From a virus, in the IMG/VR virus record IMGVR_UViG_3300032287_001394: DNA of 64,000 nucleotides. One strand, given 5' to 3'. The position numbers and the translations under genes are program-made. Positions 8,444-16,936 of the stretch are shown one piece after another (within the stretch, counting starts at the first letter, position 1; the number at the start of each line of letters is the position of its first letter). The notes beneath the pieces are model-generated. The model was not told the DNA's origin. It saw only the letters and a list, made by a program, of their open reading frames with translations, and searched no databases.

Positions 8444-9336
8444 TGATCATATTAGATTATAGTCAGATAGCATTAAGTAATATCTTACCATTTCAGAAGG
8501 ATATAAAGAATCAAACTCCTGAAGAGATTAAGAACTTAATCCGTCATACTACACTATCAACCATCAAATCTTATAAGAAGAAGTACAAGGAATATGGTGA
8601 AGTGGTCATCGCGTGTGATGGTCCTTCATATTGGCGTAAGACAGTATTCCCTCATTATAAAGCACACCGTAAAGCTAATCGTGATAAATCAGATCTTGAT
8701 TGGAAGTTTATATTCGAGACTCTTTCTGAATTAAGACAAGACCTTATCGACTATTTCCCGTATAAAGTATTGATCAATGAAGGCGCAGAGGCAGATGACA
8801 TCATAGCTGTACTTACAGAGTTTACGCAAGAACACTTATTACATCAGAACGGGTTATTTCCTGAACCACAAAAAGTATTGATCGTCTCATCTGATAAAGA
8901 CTTCATTCAACTACAACGTAATAAGAACGTACGTCAGTGGTCGCCTATGCAACGTAAGTTTGTAGAAGGATCTCAGAAGGAAGTTCAAGAGTATACTATT
9001 CAGCACATCGTAAAAGGTGATAGCGGTGATGGTATACCAAACATCTTATCAAGAGATGATGTGTTTGTATCAGGTGATAGACAAAAGCCTTTCTCAGCAA
9101 AACGTTTACCTGATTTTTTTGAGAAGGGTATAGAAGCATGTAAGAACGATGAAGAGAAGAGAAACTATCAGCGTAATCAACAGTTAGTTAACTTTGACTT
9201 TATACCTGAACCATTAGCTAAGATTATCATATATACTTATGAGAATACTAAACCTAAAGGTGATAAGAATTCTATTATGGAATATTTAATTAAAAACCAA
9301 TGTCGACTACTACTCGACGAAATTGAGGACTTTTAA
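8443..9336 (+). CDS. rnh: RNase H / 5'-3' flap exonuclease
   Basis: IILDYSQ, YWRK..FPHYKAHR, EADDIIAVL, SSDKDFIQL, GDSGDGIPN. Confidence 0.92.
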   Translation: MIILDYSQIALSNILPFQKDIKNQTPEEIKNLIRHTTLSTIKSYKKKYKEYGEVVIACDGPSYWRKTVFPHYKAHRKANRDKSDLDWKFIFETLSELRQDLIDYFPYKVLINEGAEADDIIAVLTEFTQEHLLHQNGLFPEPQKVLIVSSDKDFIQLQRNKNVRQWSPMQRKFVEGSQKEVQEYTIQHIVKGDSGDGIPNILSRDDVFVSGDRQKPFSAKRLPDFFEKGIEACKNDEEKRNYQRNQQLVNFDFIPEPLAKIIIYTYENTKPKGDKNSIMEYLIKNQCRLLLDEIEDF

Positions 9337-9337
9337 A

Positions 9338-9757
9338 ATGGCAACAACATTTTTACCAGAGATACTTGAAGCGGTCAATAATGATCCTAAGTTATTAGGC
9401 ACCAAATATAGGGGTAACGCTGCGCTTCGCATAGTATTCGAATACGCATTCTTACCTGAAAAGAAGTTCCTTCTACCTGAAGATGAACCTCCTTATAGAC
9501 CAGATGCCGCACCTATTGGCATGAATCCAGCTATCCTTACACAAGAGCTTAGAAGGTTCTATGTATTCCTTAGAAAAGACTTGAAGCCTATCAAGCGAGA
9601 GGCATTATTCATATCTTTATTGGAATCAGTACATCCGACTGAGGCCAAATTAATCTTAGCTATCAAAGACCAAAAGATACCAAAGCTATATAAAAAGATC
9701 ACGCGTAAGCTTGTAGAAGAGGCAGGCTTCATCGCACCAGAAGCGCCCAAAGCATAA
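9338..9757 (+). CDS. Conserved T4-like hypothetical protein
   Basis: LPEDEPPY...KREALFISLLESVHPTEA pattern, typical of the gene after rnh. Confidence 0.7.
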   Translation: MATTFLPEILEAVNNDPKLLGTKYRGNAALRIVFEYAFLPEKKFLLPEDEPPYRPDAAPIGMNPAILTQELRRFYVFLRKDLKPIKREALFISLLESVHPTEAKLILAIKDQKIPKLYKKITRKLVEEAGFIAPEAPKA

Positions 9758-9850
9758 ATTTGCATAAATAGATAGTAAGCTATATATCAGACAGTTCATG
9801 AGTCTGGGTGCGTTTTAAATTGTCTTTATAATCAATAAGTTATGTTAGCA

Positions 9851-9879
9851 TGTACTTTAATCAAAGGATGTGGTAGTAT
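9851..9879 (+). promoter_or_regulatory. Early/middle promoter TGTACT-N17-TAGTAT
   Basis: Recurring motif; implies the downstream start is the ATG at 9887. Confidence 0.6.
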
Positions 9880-9886
9880 ATTAGGT

Positions 9887-10423
9887 ATGATAAGACAAAT
9901 ATTACTTTATAAAACAGATAAGATCTCGGTCTATTGCACCCCAGCAGTAAGACGCTTATCACCTCGCAGGCTTACTACGTTTGTAAAGCAATGCATAGCT
10001 GCTGAAAAAACTCTCATCAAAAGTATATCTAATAAGTATCCCAAAAAGTCAAATGATGTTAAGTATACATTCTTGTTTAAGAACTATAAAACTGATGAGA
10101 TGTTAGGTTCATGTGACCAAGAATATGATGACGATATCATGATCGAGCTTAACGCTAAGAATACATCTAACTTATGTAAGACTATAGCACATGAGTTAGT
10201 TCACGCCAGGCAATTTATATCTGGTCAATTGAAATATAATGTTAGGATCCAATATCTTACGTATGAAAACGATAACCATAGATACATATATCGTAGACAG
10301 CCGTGGGAACTTGAAGCCTATAAACTTGAGCAAAAAGGTGCACTTAAGATTAAGAAGTGGTTAATGGAACACCCACGCTTCTTACCTAAAATTGAAGATG
10401 AATATATTTTACCTAGATACTGA
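9887..10423 (+). CDS. Putative zinc metallopeptidase (HEXXH)
   Basis: TIAHELVHARQ...PWELEA. Confidence 0.7.
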   Translation: MIRQILLYKTDKISVYCTPAVRRLSPRRLTTFVKQCIAAEKTLIKSISNKYPKKSNDVKYTFLFKNYKTDEMLGSCDQEYDDDIMIELNAKNTSNLCKTIAHELVHARQFISGQLKYNVRIQYLTYENDNHRYIYRRQPWELEAYKLEQKGALKIKKWLMEHPRFLPKIEDEYILPRY

Positions 10424-10967
10424 TCCTAAAAAAGCAGCAGAATACCACGTAGATAAACACTGTGTCAAGATGATACTAGAATCTTGTCAACTATTATGTA
10501 CTGCACATCGAATATTAGATGGCGATCAATTTATCGGTAAGACTGCAACTGGTCGTAATATCAAACGTTGGTTATTATCTGACGAACGAAATGAAACATT
10601 GTATACTGCTACACATGTCAATCACCCATCTGCAGTATGGTGTAGACAAAACCGCGATAATTATTATTGGCTATGGTGTTTACTTAAAGAATTATGTGCC
10701 GAGTATACATATCGATATGGTAAGATCCACAAGTGTCAAGAAATTGGTTTAGTAGATAAACTAAAATGGTTTCCTAATAATCTACCACATGGAGAATTTA
10801 CGGATCCAACTCCAGCGATGCCTGATCAATATAAGATCCCAGGTGATGGTGTACAGTCATATCGCAACTATTATAACGGCGAAAAGCAAAGAATGTTCTC
10901 TTGGAAGAAAAGGCAAGTCCCAGGGTTTATAAATAAAACTACAGAGGAAAATTATGCCAACATATGA
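10398..10967 (+). CDS. Pyrimidine-dimer DNA glycosylase (DenV-like)
   Basis: MNIFYLD...DKHCVKMILESCQLL...THVNHPSAVW...EYTYRYGKIH...AMPDQY. Confidence 0.8.
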   Translation: MNIFYLDTDPKKAAEYHVDKHCVKMILESCQLLCTAHRILDGDQFIGKTATGRNIKRWLLSDERNETLYTATHVNHPSAVWCRQNRDNYYWLWCLLKELCAEYTYRYGKIHKCQEIGLVDKLKWFPNNLPHGEFTDPTPAMPDQYKIPGDGVQSYRNYYNGEKQRMFSWKKRQVPGFINKTTEENYANI

Positions 10968-11202
10968 TTTTAGAAACAAAGATACTGGTGAAGTATTTGA
11001 AAGAGTTATGAGTATCGCTGCAAAGGCAGAGTTCCTCGAAGCTAACCCAAATCTTGAGCCATTAATTACTGGCCTTAATCCATTAATAGATCCAGTTAGA
11101 TTAGGTATTCATAAAGCCGATAACGGATTTAAAGAAGTGTTACAACGAATCCACGAGAAGACTCCTGGAAGCATACTAAATAAAACAAGTAAATATATTT
11201 AA
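10954..11202 (+). CDS. FmdB-like small protein
   Basis: MPTYDFRNKDTGEVFE N-terminus; late promoter at 10928-10935. Confidence 0.65.
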   Translation: MPTYDFRNKDTGEVFERVMSIAAKAEFLEANPNLEPLITGLNPLIDPVRLGIHKADNGFKEVLQRIHEKTPGSILNKTSKYI

Positions 11203-11203
11203 A

Positions 11204-11242
11204 TATGGGCCTTGCTGAACCCCATAGCAATATAAGTTCAGC
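11204..11242 (+). promoter_or_regulatory. H-type RNA pseudoknot candidate
   Basis: S1 TATGGG/CCCATA and S2 GCTGAAC/GTTCAGC are interleaved; ends just before the SD of the next gene. Confidence 0.55.
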
Positions 11243-11262
11243 TGTTAATAAAGGAGAAACAT

Positions 11263-11406
11263 ATGTTAACAAACATTATCGTATTTTTAGTTGGTGCTCA
11301 TTTGGGTGCAAAATACCCACAAAAAGCAACACTAATCGTTGACACAGCTGTATCTTTTGCAAAAGCAGTATGGGCAAAAGTAACAGGATTAGTGGCTAAA
11401 AAATAA
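11263..11406 (+). CDS. 47-aa membrane peptide coupled to the endolysin (holin or lysis-regulator candidate)
   Basis: AAGGAGA SD; MLTNIIVFLVGAHLGAKYPQKATLIVDTAVSFAKAVWAKVTGLVAKK; TAATG overlap with the GH19 gene. Confidence 0.65.
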   Translation: MLTNIIVFLVGAHLGAKYPQKATLIVDTAVSFAKAVWAKVTGLVAKK

Positions 11407-12047
11407 TGGCATTCGAATTCGATTTTACTGAGCAAAAACTAGGCAAGATTCTCACGCGTAATAAGAACGTTCACGCGTGGTATGAAGCGATGGCTGTACA
11501 GTTACCTCAATTTGAAGTAACTACTGCAAAACGCGTTGCTGCTTTTGTAGCTCAGTGTGCTCATGAATCCGCGGACTTCACGACTCTACAAGAAAACTTA
11601 AACTACTCTGCTGACGCATTAAACAAACTATTTGGTAAGTATTTTGCTGCAGCTGGTAGAGATGCTGCTCCATATCATCGTAAACCTGAAATGATCGCTA
11701 ATGTAATATATGCGAATCGTATGGGTAACGGAGATACTGCAAGCGGTGACGGTTATAAGTTTAGAGGACGTGGTCCAATTCAATTAACAGGTAAGGCTAA
11801 CTATCAAGCGTTTGCTACAGACTTCTTTGAAGATCCTGAAACAGTGATAAATGATCCTGACCTCGTGACAGATGATGTACCAACTTCCTTATATTCAGCG
11901 CTTTGGTTTTGGAATAAAAACAAAATCAATAAGTATGCTGATGCAAGTGACATTAAAGGGATGACAAAGGTTATCAATGGTGGATATATTGGTTTAGAAG
12001 ACCGTATCAAACATTATAACCATGCAATCGAAGTCCTCGAAGCTTAA
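11406..12047 (+). CDS. Glycoside hydrolase family 19 endolysin
   Basis: AAFVAQCAHES, ENLNYS, YANRMGNG, GYKFRGRGPIQLTGK.NY, TKVINGG..GL.DR. Confidence 0.9.
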   Translation: MAFEFDFTEQKLGKILTRNKNVHAWYEAMAVQLPQFEVTTAKRVAAFVAQCAHESADFTTLQENLNYSADALNKLFGKYFAAAGRDAAPYHRKPEMIANVIYANRMGNGDTASGDGYKFRGRGPIQLTGKANYQAFATDFFEDPETVINDPDLVTDDVPTSLYSALWFWNKNKINKYADASDIKGMTKVINGGYIGLEDRIKHYNHAIEVLEA

Positions 12048-12048
12048 T

Positions 12049-12077
12049 TGTACTTTAATTAAGTCCTAATGTATAAT
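12049..12077 (+). promoter_or_regulatory. Early/middle promoter TGTACT-N17-TATAAT
   Basis: Recurring motif; overlaps the start of the 12069 ORF. Confidence 0.6.
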
Positions 12078-12605
12078 AAGAAAGTAGCGGTACTATGTAA
12101 TGGTCCCAGTCGGTCAGCCTATGATCCCAATAAAGAATATGCATACCGCATAGGTTGCAATATTCCTTGGACTAAGGTTGACTGCACTGTGATACTAGAC
12201 CCTCAGATGGTTAAAGTATTGGTCAAAGACATATCGCTCATAGACTGTGGTGTATACTTTAGTGAATCTGCATGGGATTATGTTGAAGAAGTTGGAGCTT
12301 CGTCTTTGTTTAACAGTTTAGGCATCATACAAAAGACTCGTAAAGGTTTATCAAGCGGTAATCTAGCATGTCTTAAAGCTATCGAGCTCGGTTATAAAGA
12401 CATAGATATATACGGAGCTGATGCATTTACTACAAAAGACATACGTAGTAATAATGTCAGTAAGAGTTATACAAGAAACTTCTTAGACTCAGATAGTATG
12501 AACATGTCTCCAAATTGGAGAACTAATTTTAATAAGATGATTAAAGATCATCCTAATGTTAAGTTTAATTTTATTGAAAGGAATGGAAATGTTAAATCAT
12601 TATAA
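12069..12605 (+). CDS. Hypothetical protein with a DUF115/sialyltransferase-like Rossmann pattern
   Basis: VAVLCNGPS...IGCN...SSGNLA...LGYKDIDIYGAD. Confidence 0.5.
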   Translation: MYNKKVAVLCNGPSRSAYDPNKEYAYRIGCNIPWTKVDCTVILDPQMVKVLVKDISLIDCGVYFSESAWDYVEEVGASSLFNSLGIIQKTRKGLSSGNLACLKAIELGYKDIDIYGADAFTTKDIRSNNVSKSYTRNFLDSDSMNMSPNWRTNFNKMIKDHPNVKFNFIERNGNVKSL

Positions 12606-12816
12606 AAATGAATTAATAACTATCGCTGTAGTATTTGGTTTATTAAGCTATACGATTTCTGTAGTTGCAGCTGAACCGGTTAAATCAAAACCTGTTATAG
12701 TTAAAGCTAAGAAGGAAGTCGCAAAGCCTGCTAAAGAAGTAAAACCTGCAGAGCCAGTAAAAAAAGATCCTAACCGTAAAAAACCTACGCTTAAGAAAAA
12801 ATACGCAGATAAATAA
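12589..12816 (+). CDS. Small exported or membrane-anchored Lys/Pro-rich protein
   Basis: Hydrophobic N-terminus followed by AEPVK/KPAKE repeats. Confidence 0.6.
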   Translation: MLNHYKNELITIAVVFGLLSYTISVVAAEPVKSKPVIVKAKKEVAKPAKEVKPAEPVKKDPNRKKPTLKKKYADK

Positions 12817-13467
12817 TTGAAGAACTTTATACATCATGAGTTTCCAGTGTTGCAACGAATTGATTCAGAACAGGGTCGAGTATATCAAACCCCATCTGGA
12901 GATAAATATCCTAGTGTAACACAAGTAACAGGTCTCTTAAATAAACAATTCATCGTCGAATGGCGTAAAAGAGTTGGAGAAGAAGAGGCAAATAGAGTAT
13001 CAACACTGGCTTCCGGTCGAGGTACTCGTATTCATGGACTATGTGAGGATTTCTTATTAGGGAATCCAACTCAAGCCGACATGTTCGACGTTGAGATGTG
13101 GAATGATTTACGACCAGTCGTGGATAAGATAGACAATATACATGCTCTAGAGAGCAAGTTATATTCCGATAAACTACAATTGGCAGGAACTGTTGACTGT
13201 ATCGGAGAGTTTGATGGATTACTTAGCGTCATTGACTTTAAGACATCCAAACGACCCAAAGATATTAATAATATAGATAATTACTTTATACAGGCAACTG
13301 CTTATTCAGTTATGTTCGAAGAACTTACAGGAATTAAAGTTCCAGACTTAACGATAATCATAGGAGTAGACGATGCAAAACCACAAATCTTCCAACAGAA
13401 GCGCAAGGGCTTCATCCATCAATTAGTTGATCTTCGTCAACAATTTAAAAAATTAAATTTACTTTAA
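12817..13467 (+). CDS. PD-(D/E)XK exonuclease
   Basis: YPSVT, RGTRIH, AGTVDCI, IDFKTS, YFIQATAY. Confidence 0.85.
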   Translation: MKNFIHHEFPVLQRIDSEQGRVYQTPSGDKYPSVTQVTGLLNKQFIVEWRKRVGEEEANRVSTLASGRGTRIHGLCEDFLLGNPTQADMFDVEMWNDLRPVVDKIDNIHALESKLYSDKLQLAGTVDCIGEFDGLLSVIDFKTSKRPKDINNIDNYFIQATAYSVMFEELTGIKVPDLTIIIGVDDAKPQIFQQKRKGFIHQLVDLRQQFKKLNLL

Positions 13468-13486
13468 TTAACAACTAAAGTATAAT
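13458..13486 (+). promoter_or_regulatory. Early/middle promoter TTTACT-N17-TATAAT
   Basis: Recurring motif. Confidence 0.7.
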
Positions 13487-13536
13487 ACTACTAAGCGCAT
13501 AAAAAGCTAAGTACTAATCGTAAGGAGAATATCCCC

Positions 13537-14064
13537 ATGAGAAAAACTTTCGCCGCAATATTGGCTATATGTTACCTGTGTTATTTTAATATAGCACATA
13601 CAGAAATAATACATCAAGAAATAAAACCACCAAAAAAACTAACTAAGGTGGAGAAACAACAAGTAGAATGTCTAGCACAGAATATGTACTATGAGGCTGG
13701 ATATGAACCTACTAAAGGACAGATCGCTGTCGCACTAGTGACTCTTAATAGAGTACACTCTGGATTGTATCCAAAATCTATATGTGGTACTATGACACAA
13801 AAGACCGAGTATACATGTCAGTTTAGTTGGTACTGTGATGACTATAAGAGAGTCAAAGCTACATCTTATAGATATACAAAGCATGAGAAAGAAGTATTTA
13901 ATAATATTAGATCTTTAGCTTTACATACATACTTAAACTATCAAACTATGCAAGATATTACGCATGGTGCATTATTTTTCCACACTAAGGATATTAATCC
14001 TAGATGGCAAAATGTTCGTGTAACAACTACTATTGGAAATCATATATTTTATAGAAAGGCTTGA
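13537..14064 (+). CDS. SleB/Hydrolase_2 cell-wall hydrolase with signal or TM segment
   Basis: CLAQNMYYEA..E...GQIAVA.VTLNRV, CQFSW, GALFFH, IGNHIFY. Confidence 0.88.
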   Translation: MRKTFAAILAICYLCYFNIAHTEIIHQEIKPPKKLTKVEKQQVECLAQNMYYEAGYEPTKGQIAVALVTLNRVHSGLYPKSICGTMTQKTEYTCQFSWYCDDYKRVKATSYRYTKHEKEVFNNIRSLALHTYLNYQTMQDITHGALFFHTKDINPRWQNVRVTTTIGNHIFYRKA

Positions 14065-14753
14065 TCGTGGCACAACTTGCAAATGAAAATCCAGCTAATA
14101 TATTTAGCGGACTACTTAATAATGTACATATCAATACGATCGAGTCTGTATATAGAACTCATGAAGTATTTCTTGATCAAGAGATAGAGGACCCTAGTAA
14201 GTATCGAGAGCTAGTCTCTCTGCTTATCAATGCATCCGAGAATGACAAGATCCACCTGTTTATCAATTCCCCAGGTGGTAACCTTGATTCTGCCGGAGCA
14301 ATCATATCAGGCATCCTCTCGTCTCAGGCAGAAGTGACTGCATTCCTAATGGGTGCATGTCACTCTGCTGCCTCTCTAATCGCCATGTATTGCCATGCTG
14401 TCCATGTATATGATACTGCATACATCATGATCCATACGGCATCATTCGGCTCTGCCGGTAATACACCAACAGTCAAGGCTCACACAGATTTTACAGTCAA
14501 ACAGTGTGAGAAGCTATTGATTGATGCATACGAAGGTTTCTTAAGCAAGGCAGAACTTGATAAGGTATTGAACGGTCTTGAATTGTGGTTCAATGCAGAA
14601 GAGATCAAGCCTAGACTAAAGAAGAGGTTTGAAGCTGTACAATTACAAGATAAGAAAGCTGCTGAGAAACAAAATGAGATCGTGGATCAACCAAAGCCTG
14701 CCGCCAAGAAAGCTAAAGTAAAAGTTAAAGTTGAGGACGGCGCAATCGATTAG
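14061..14753 (+). CDS. ClpP-like serine protease
   Basis: LFINSPGG, GACHSAASLI (catalytic Ser), IMIH (His), WFNAEE. Confidence 0.85.
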   Translation: MIVAQLANENPANIFSGLLNNVHINTIESVYRTHEVFLDQEIEDPSKYRELVSLLINASENDKIHLFINSPGGNLDSAGAIISGILSSQAEVTAFLMGACHSAASLIAMYCHAVHVYDTAYIMIHTASFGSAGNTPTVKAHTDFTVKQCEKLLIDAYEGFLSKAELDKVLNGLELWFNAEEIKPRLKKRFEAVQLQDKKAAEKQNEIVDQPKPAAKKAKVKVKVEDGAID

Positions 14754-14756
14754 TTG

Positions 14757-14785
14757 TGTACATTAATTCTTTATTATGGTATAAT
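14757..14785 (+). promoter_or_regulatory. Early/middle promoter TGTACA-N17-TATAAT
   Basis: Recurring motif. Confidence 0.75.
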
Positions 14786-14810
14786 ATATTTTTAAATCAA
14801 GGAAAGTGAA

Positions 14811-15068
14811 ATGAACGTGGCTCAACATATAAATCACAGTTATCAAACTGGCAATAAGCAAGAACTTCTCAGAGTCAAAGGTGAACTAGATAAACAACTC
14901 AAAGAGCTTGATGTATTCTTTGAAGAGTATCTTGAAGTATTCGACGATCAACTTAATGCATCAGATAAATCTTCTCCAGTATGGAAAGCGTATAATGATA
15001 AGTATAAAGTTTATGAGAACCTTAAGCATAGTTTTAAGATGACAGATTATTATTTAGGCATGCTATAA
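14811..15068 (+). CDS. Hypothetical protein
   Basis: ORF with SD, coupled to gene 33. Confidence 0.65.
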   Translation: MNVAQHINHSYQTGNKQELLRVKGELDKQLKELDVFFEEYLEVFDDQLNASDKSSPVWKAYNDKYKVYENLKHSFKMTDYYLGML

Positions 15069-15295
15069 TGGAAGGCAAGATATTTAAGACTACGAATGAG
15101 TTTGCCTTGTTTATAGAAGAACTGGTATCACACAAGCGAATATCTCATATGGATGCAGTCTTATTGTATTGTGAAAAGAACTTCATAGATCCTGAAGACA
15201 TCAGCAAACTAATCAATAAAAACCTCAAACAAAAAATCGAACTTAATATGATTGAAGCTAATTATTTACCCAAAAAGGGTACTCTTGATATATGA
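15068..15295 (+). CDS. 33: Late transcription coactivator gp33
   Basis: FALFIEELV...MDAVLLYCEKNFID...LKQKIELN; order 33-59-32. Confidence 0.85.
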   Translation: MEGKIFKTTNEFALFIEELVSHKRISHMDAVLLYCEKNFIDPEDISKLINKNLKQKIELNMIEANYLPKKGTLDI

Positions 15296-15897
15296 CAGGA
15301 TTTAAGGCATTTAGATACTATCTAGCCTTAAAGCTGCATTTCAACAATGATAAGTACAACGTATTTGAAAACAAAGGCAACATCAAGTACTCATATGAAA
15401 ACTTTAATTCTCGAAATGATAGGCATATATTTGAGAAGCTAGCCAGAAAGTTTGATACAGACAAGGACTTAATCCAATTCCTTGCGGCAAACTTTGCATA
15501 TGGTCATGACAACATGATATTTGCCATAGAAGAAGCTAACGAGTACTATCTCGAATGGCAAAAGAGAAAACAAAGTATTAGCCGTATATTTAAGGATGAC
15601 CTCAATACTATTGAGCTAGAATCTCAGAAGCATGCCTTATCTCTGGACCAAATAATTAATTTTACTTTAAATGAATATCCGAGTATAATTAAACTATACT
15701 TAGGAAAAAAGATAGCCATTGAGTCTGTATCAATACTTAATGACTTATTGGACTTTATACCCAAGTGGAAGCAGAACCAATCGGGCATGCTTATACTAGA
15801 GTCTGATATAAGAAAGATAGAAAAGCTTAAAGGGTTTGTTAAGTATGAGCAAGATAAAATTAAACCAATTTTTAACGAATTTATTGCAATCTTTTGA
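15292..15897 (+). CDS. 59: Helicase loader gp59
   Basis: YLALKLHF...FNSRNDRHIFEKLARK; synteny. Confidence 0.88.
   Translation: MTGFKAFRYYLALKLHFNNDKYNVFENKGNIKYSYENFNSRNDRHIFEKLARKFDTDKDLIQFLAANFAYGHDNMIFAIEEANEYYLEWQKRKQSISRIFKDDLNTIELESQKHALSLDQIINFTLNEYPSIIKLYLGKKIAIESVSILNDLLDFIPKWKQNQSGMLILESDIRKIEKLKGFVKYEQDKIKPIFNEFIAIF
15661..15689 (+). promoter_or_regulatory. Promoter TTTACT-N17-TATAAT inside gene 59, probably driving gene 32
   Basis: Recurring motif; a late TATAAATA also lies at 15907-15914. Confidence 0.6.
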
Positions 15898-15973
15898 TGT
15901 GGGTTGTATAAATAAAAATGAGTAGCAGTTATACTCTATACACATTTAATACTAAAAATATAAGGAAAATACG

Positions 15974-16897
15974 ATGGACATTAATACACTCCGCGCTTCG
16001 CGCAATCAAGACTTCGGTGCAATCGCATCAGCATTCGAAAAAGTAGCAAACCCACAACAATCAAACTCATATGAAGATGACCGTTTCTGGAAGATGGAAC
16101 GAGATAAAGCTGGTAATGCCACAGCAGTCATTCGCTTCTTACCACGTGTAGAAGGTGATGAACTTCCATGGGTAAAGATCTTCTCTCATGGCTTCAAAGG
16201 ACCAACAGGTAAATGGTACATTGAGAACTCACTCACTACATTAGGTCAGAACGATCCAGTTGGTGAACTCAATACAAAACTATGGAACTCTGGTTCAGAT
16301 GCTAACAAAGAGATCGCACGTCTACAAAAACGTAGACTACACTTCATCTCAAACATCTTGGTTGTATCAGATCCTAAACACCCAGAAAACGAAGGCAAAG
16401 TAATGTTATTCAAGTATGGTAAGAAGATCTTTGATATGATCATGAACAAGGCTCGTCCTACATTTGAAGATGAGAAACCAGTTAATGTATTTGATCTATG
16501 GGAAGGTGCAAACTTCAAGATCCGTATGCGTACGGTAGAAGGTTATCCTAACTATGACCAATCAGCATTCGCTGAGCCAACTCCAGTAGCACCAAGCGAT
16601 GAAGCTATCTTAGCTGTTGCTAATAGACAAGTTAAACTTGGTGAGTTCCTTGAAGCTAAAAACTTTAAGAGTTATGAAGAACTTAAGACTAAGTTGGATT
16701 CAGTATTAAGTGGCGATGGTCAAGTTCCTACAGCAGAACAGCTTACTAATGAGCCGTTACCTGTAGCAGCTCCACCATCATTTACATCAGCTCCATCTCC
16801 AACTTATGCTGCAGCACCAGCAGCTAAAGCCCCAGAGATTAATGAAGATGATGACGATGTCATGTCATTCTTTCAAAAGATAGCTGACGAAGCTTAA
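15974..16897 (+). CDS. 32: ssDNA-binding protein gp32
   Basis: DDRFWK...AVIRFLP...WYIENSLTTLG...GANFK...NYDQS; acidic C-terminus. Confidence 0.95.
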   Translation: MDINTLRASRNQDFGAIASAFEKVANPQQSNSYEDDRFWKMERDKAGNATAVIRFLPRVEGDELPWVKIFSHGFKGPTGKWYIENSLTTLGQNDPVGELNTKLWNSGSDANKEIARLQKRRLHFISNILVVSDPKHPENEGKVMLFKYGKKIFDMIMNKARPTFEDEKPVNVFDLWEGANFKIRMRTVEGYPNYDQSAFAEPTPVAPSDEAILAVANRQVKLGEFLEAKNFKSYEELKTKLDSVLSGDGQVPTAEQLTNEPLPVAAPPSFTSAPSPTYAAAPAAKAPEINEDDDDVMSFFQKIADEA

Positions 16898-16910
16898 TTA
16901 GATGTAAAAG

Positions 16911-16936
16911 AAAAGGGAGCGAAAGCTCCCTTTTTT
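16911..16936. terminator. Bidirectional rho-independent terminator
   Basis: AAAAGGGAGC-GAAA-GCTCCCTTTTTT between convergent genes. Confidence 0.9.

Noticed and set aside
12817-13467. Cas4-like nuclease suggesting a CRISPR system
   Set aside because: No repeat-spacer array or other cas gene was seen; this exonuclease is a common T4-like gene.
15898-15973. T4-type gene 32 autoregulatory pseudoknot
   Set aside because: Only a short GAGTA/TACTC hairpin and an AT-rich leader are visible; no convincing second stem.
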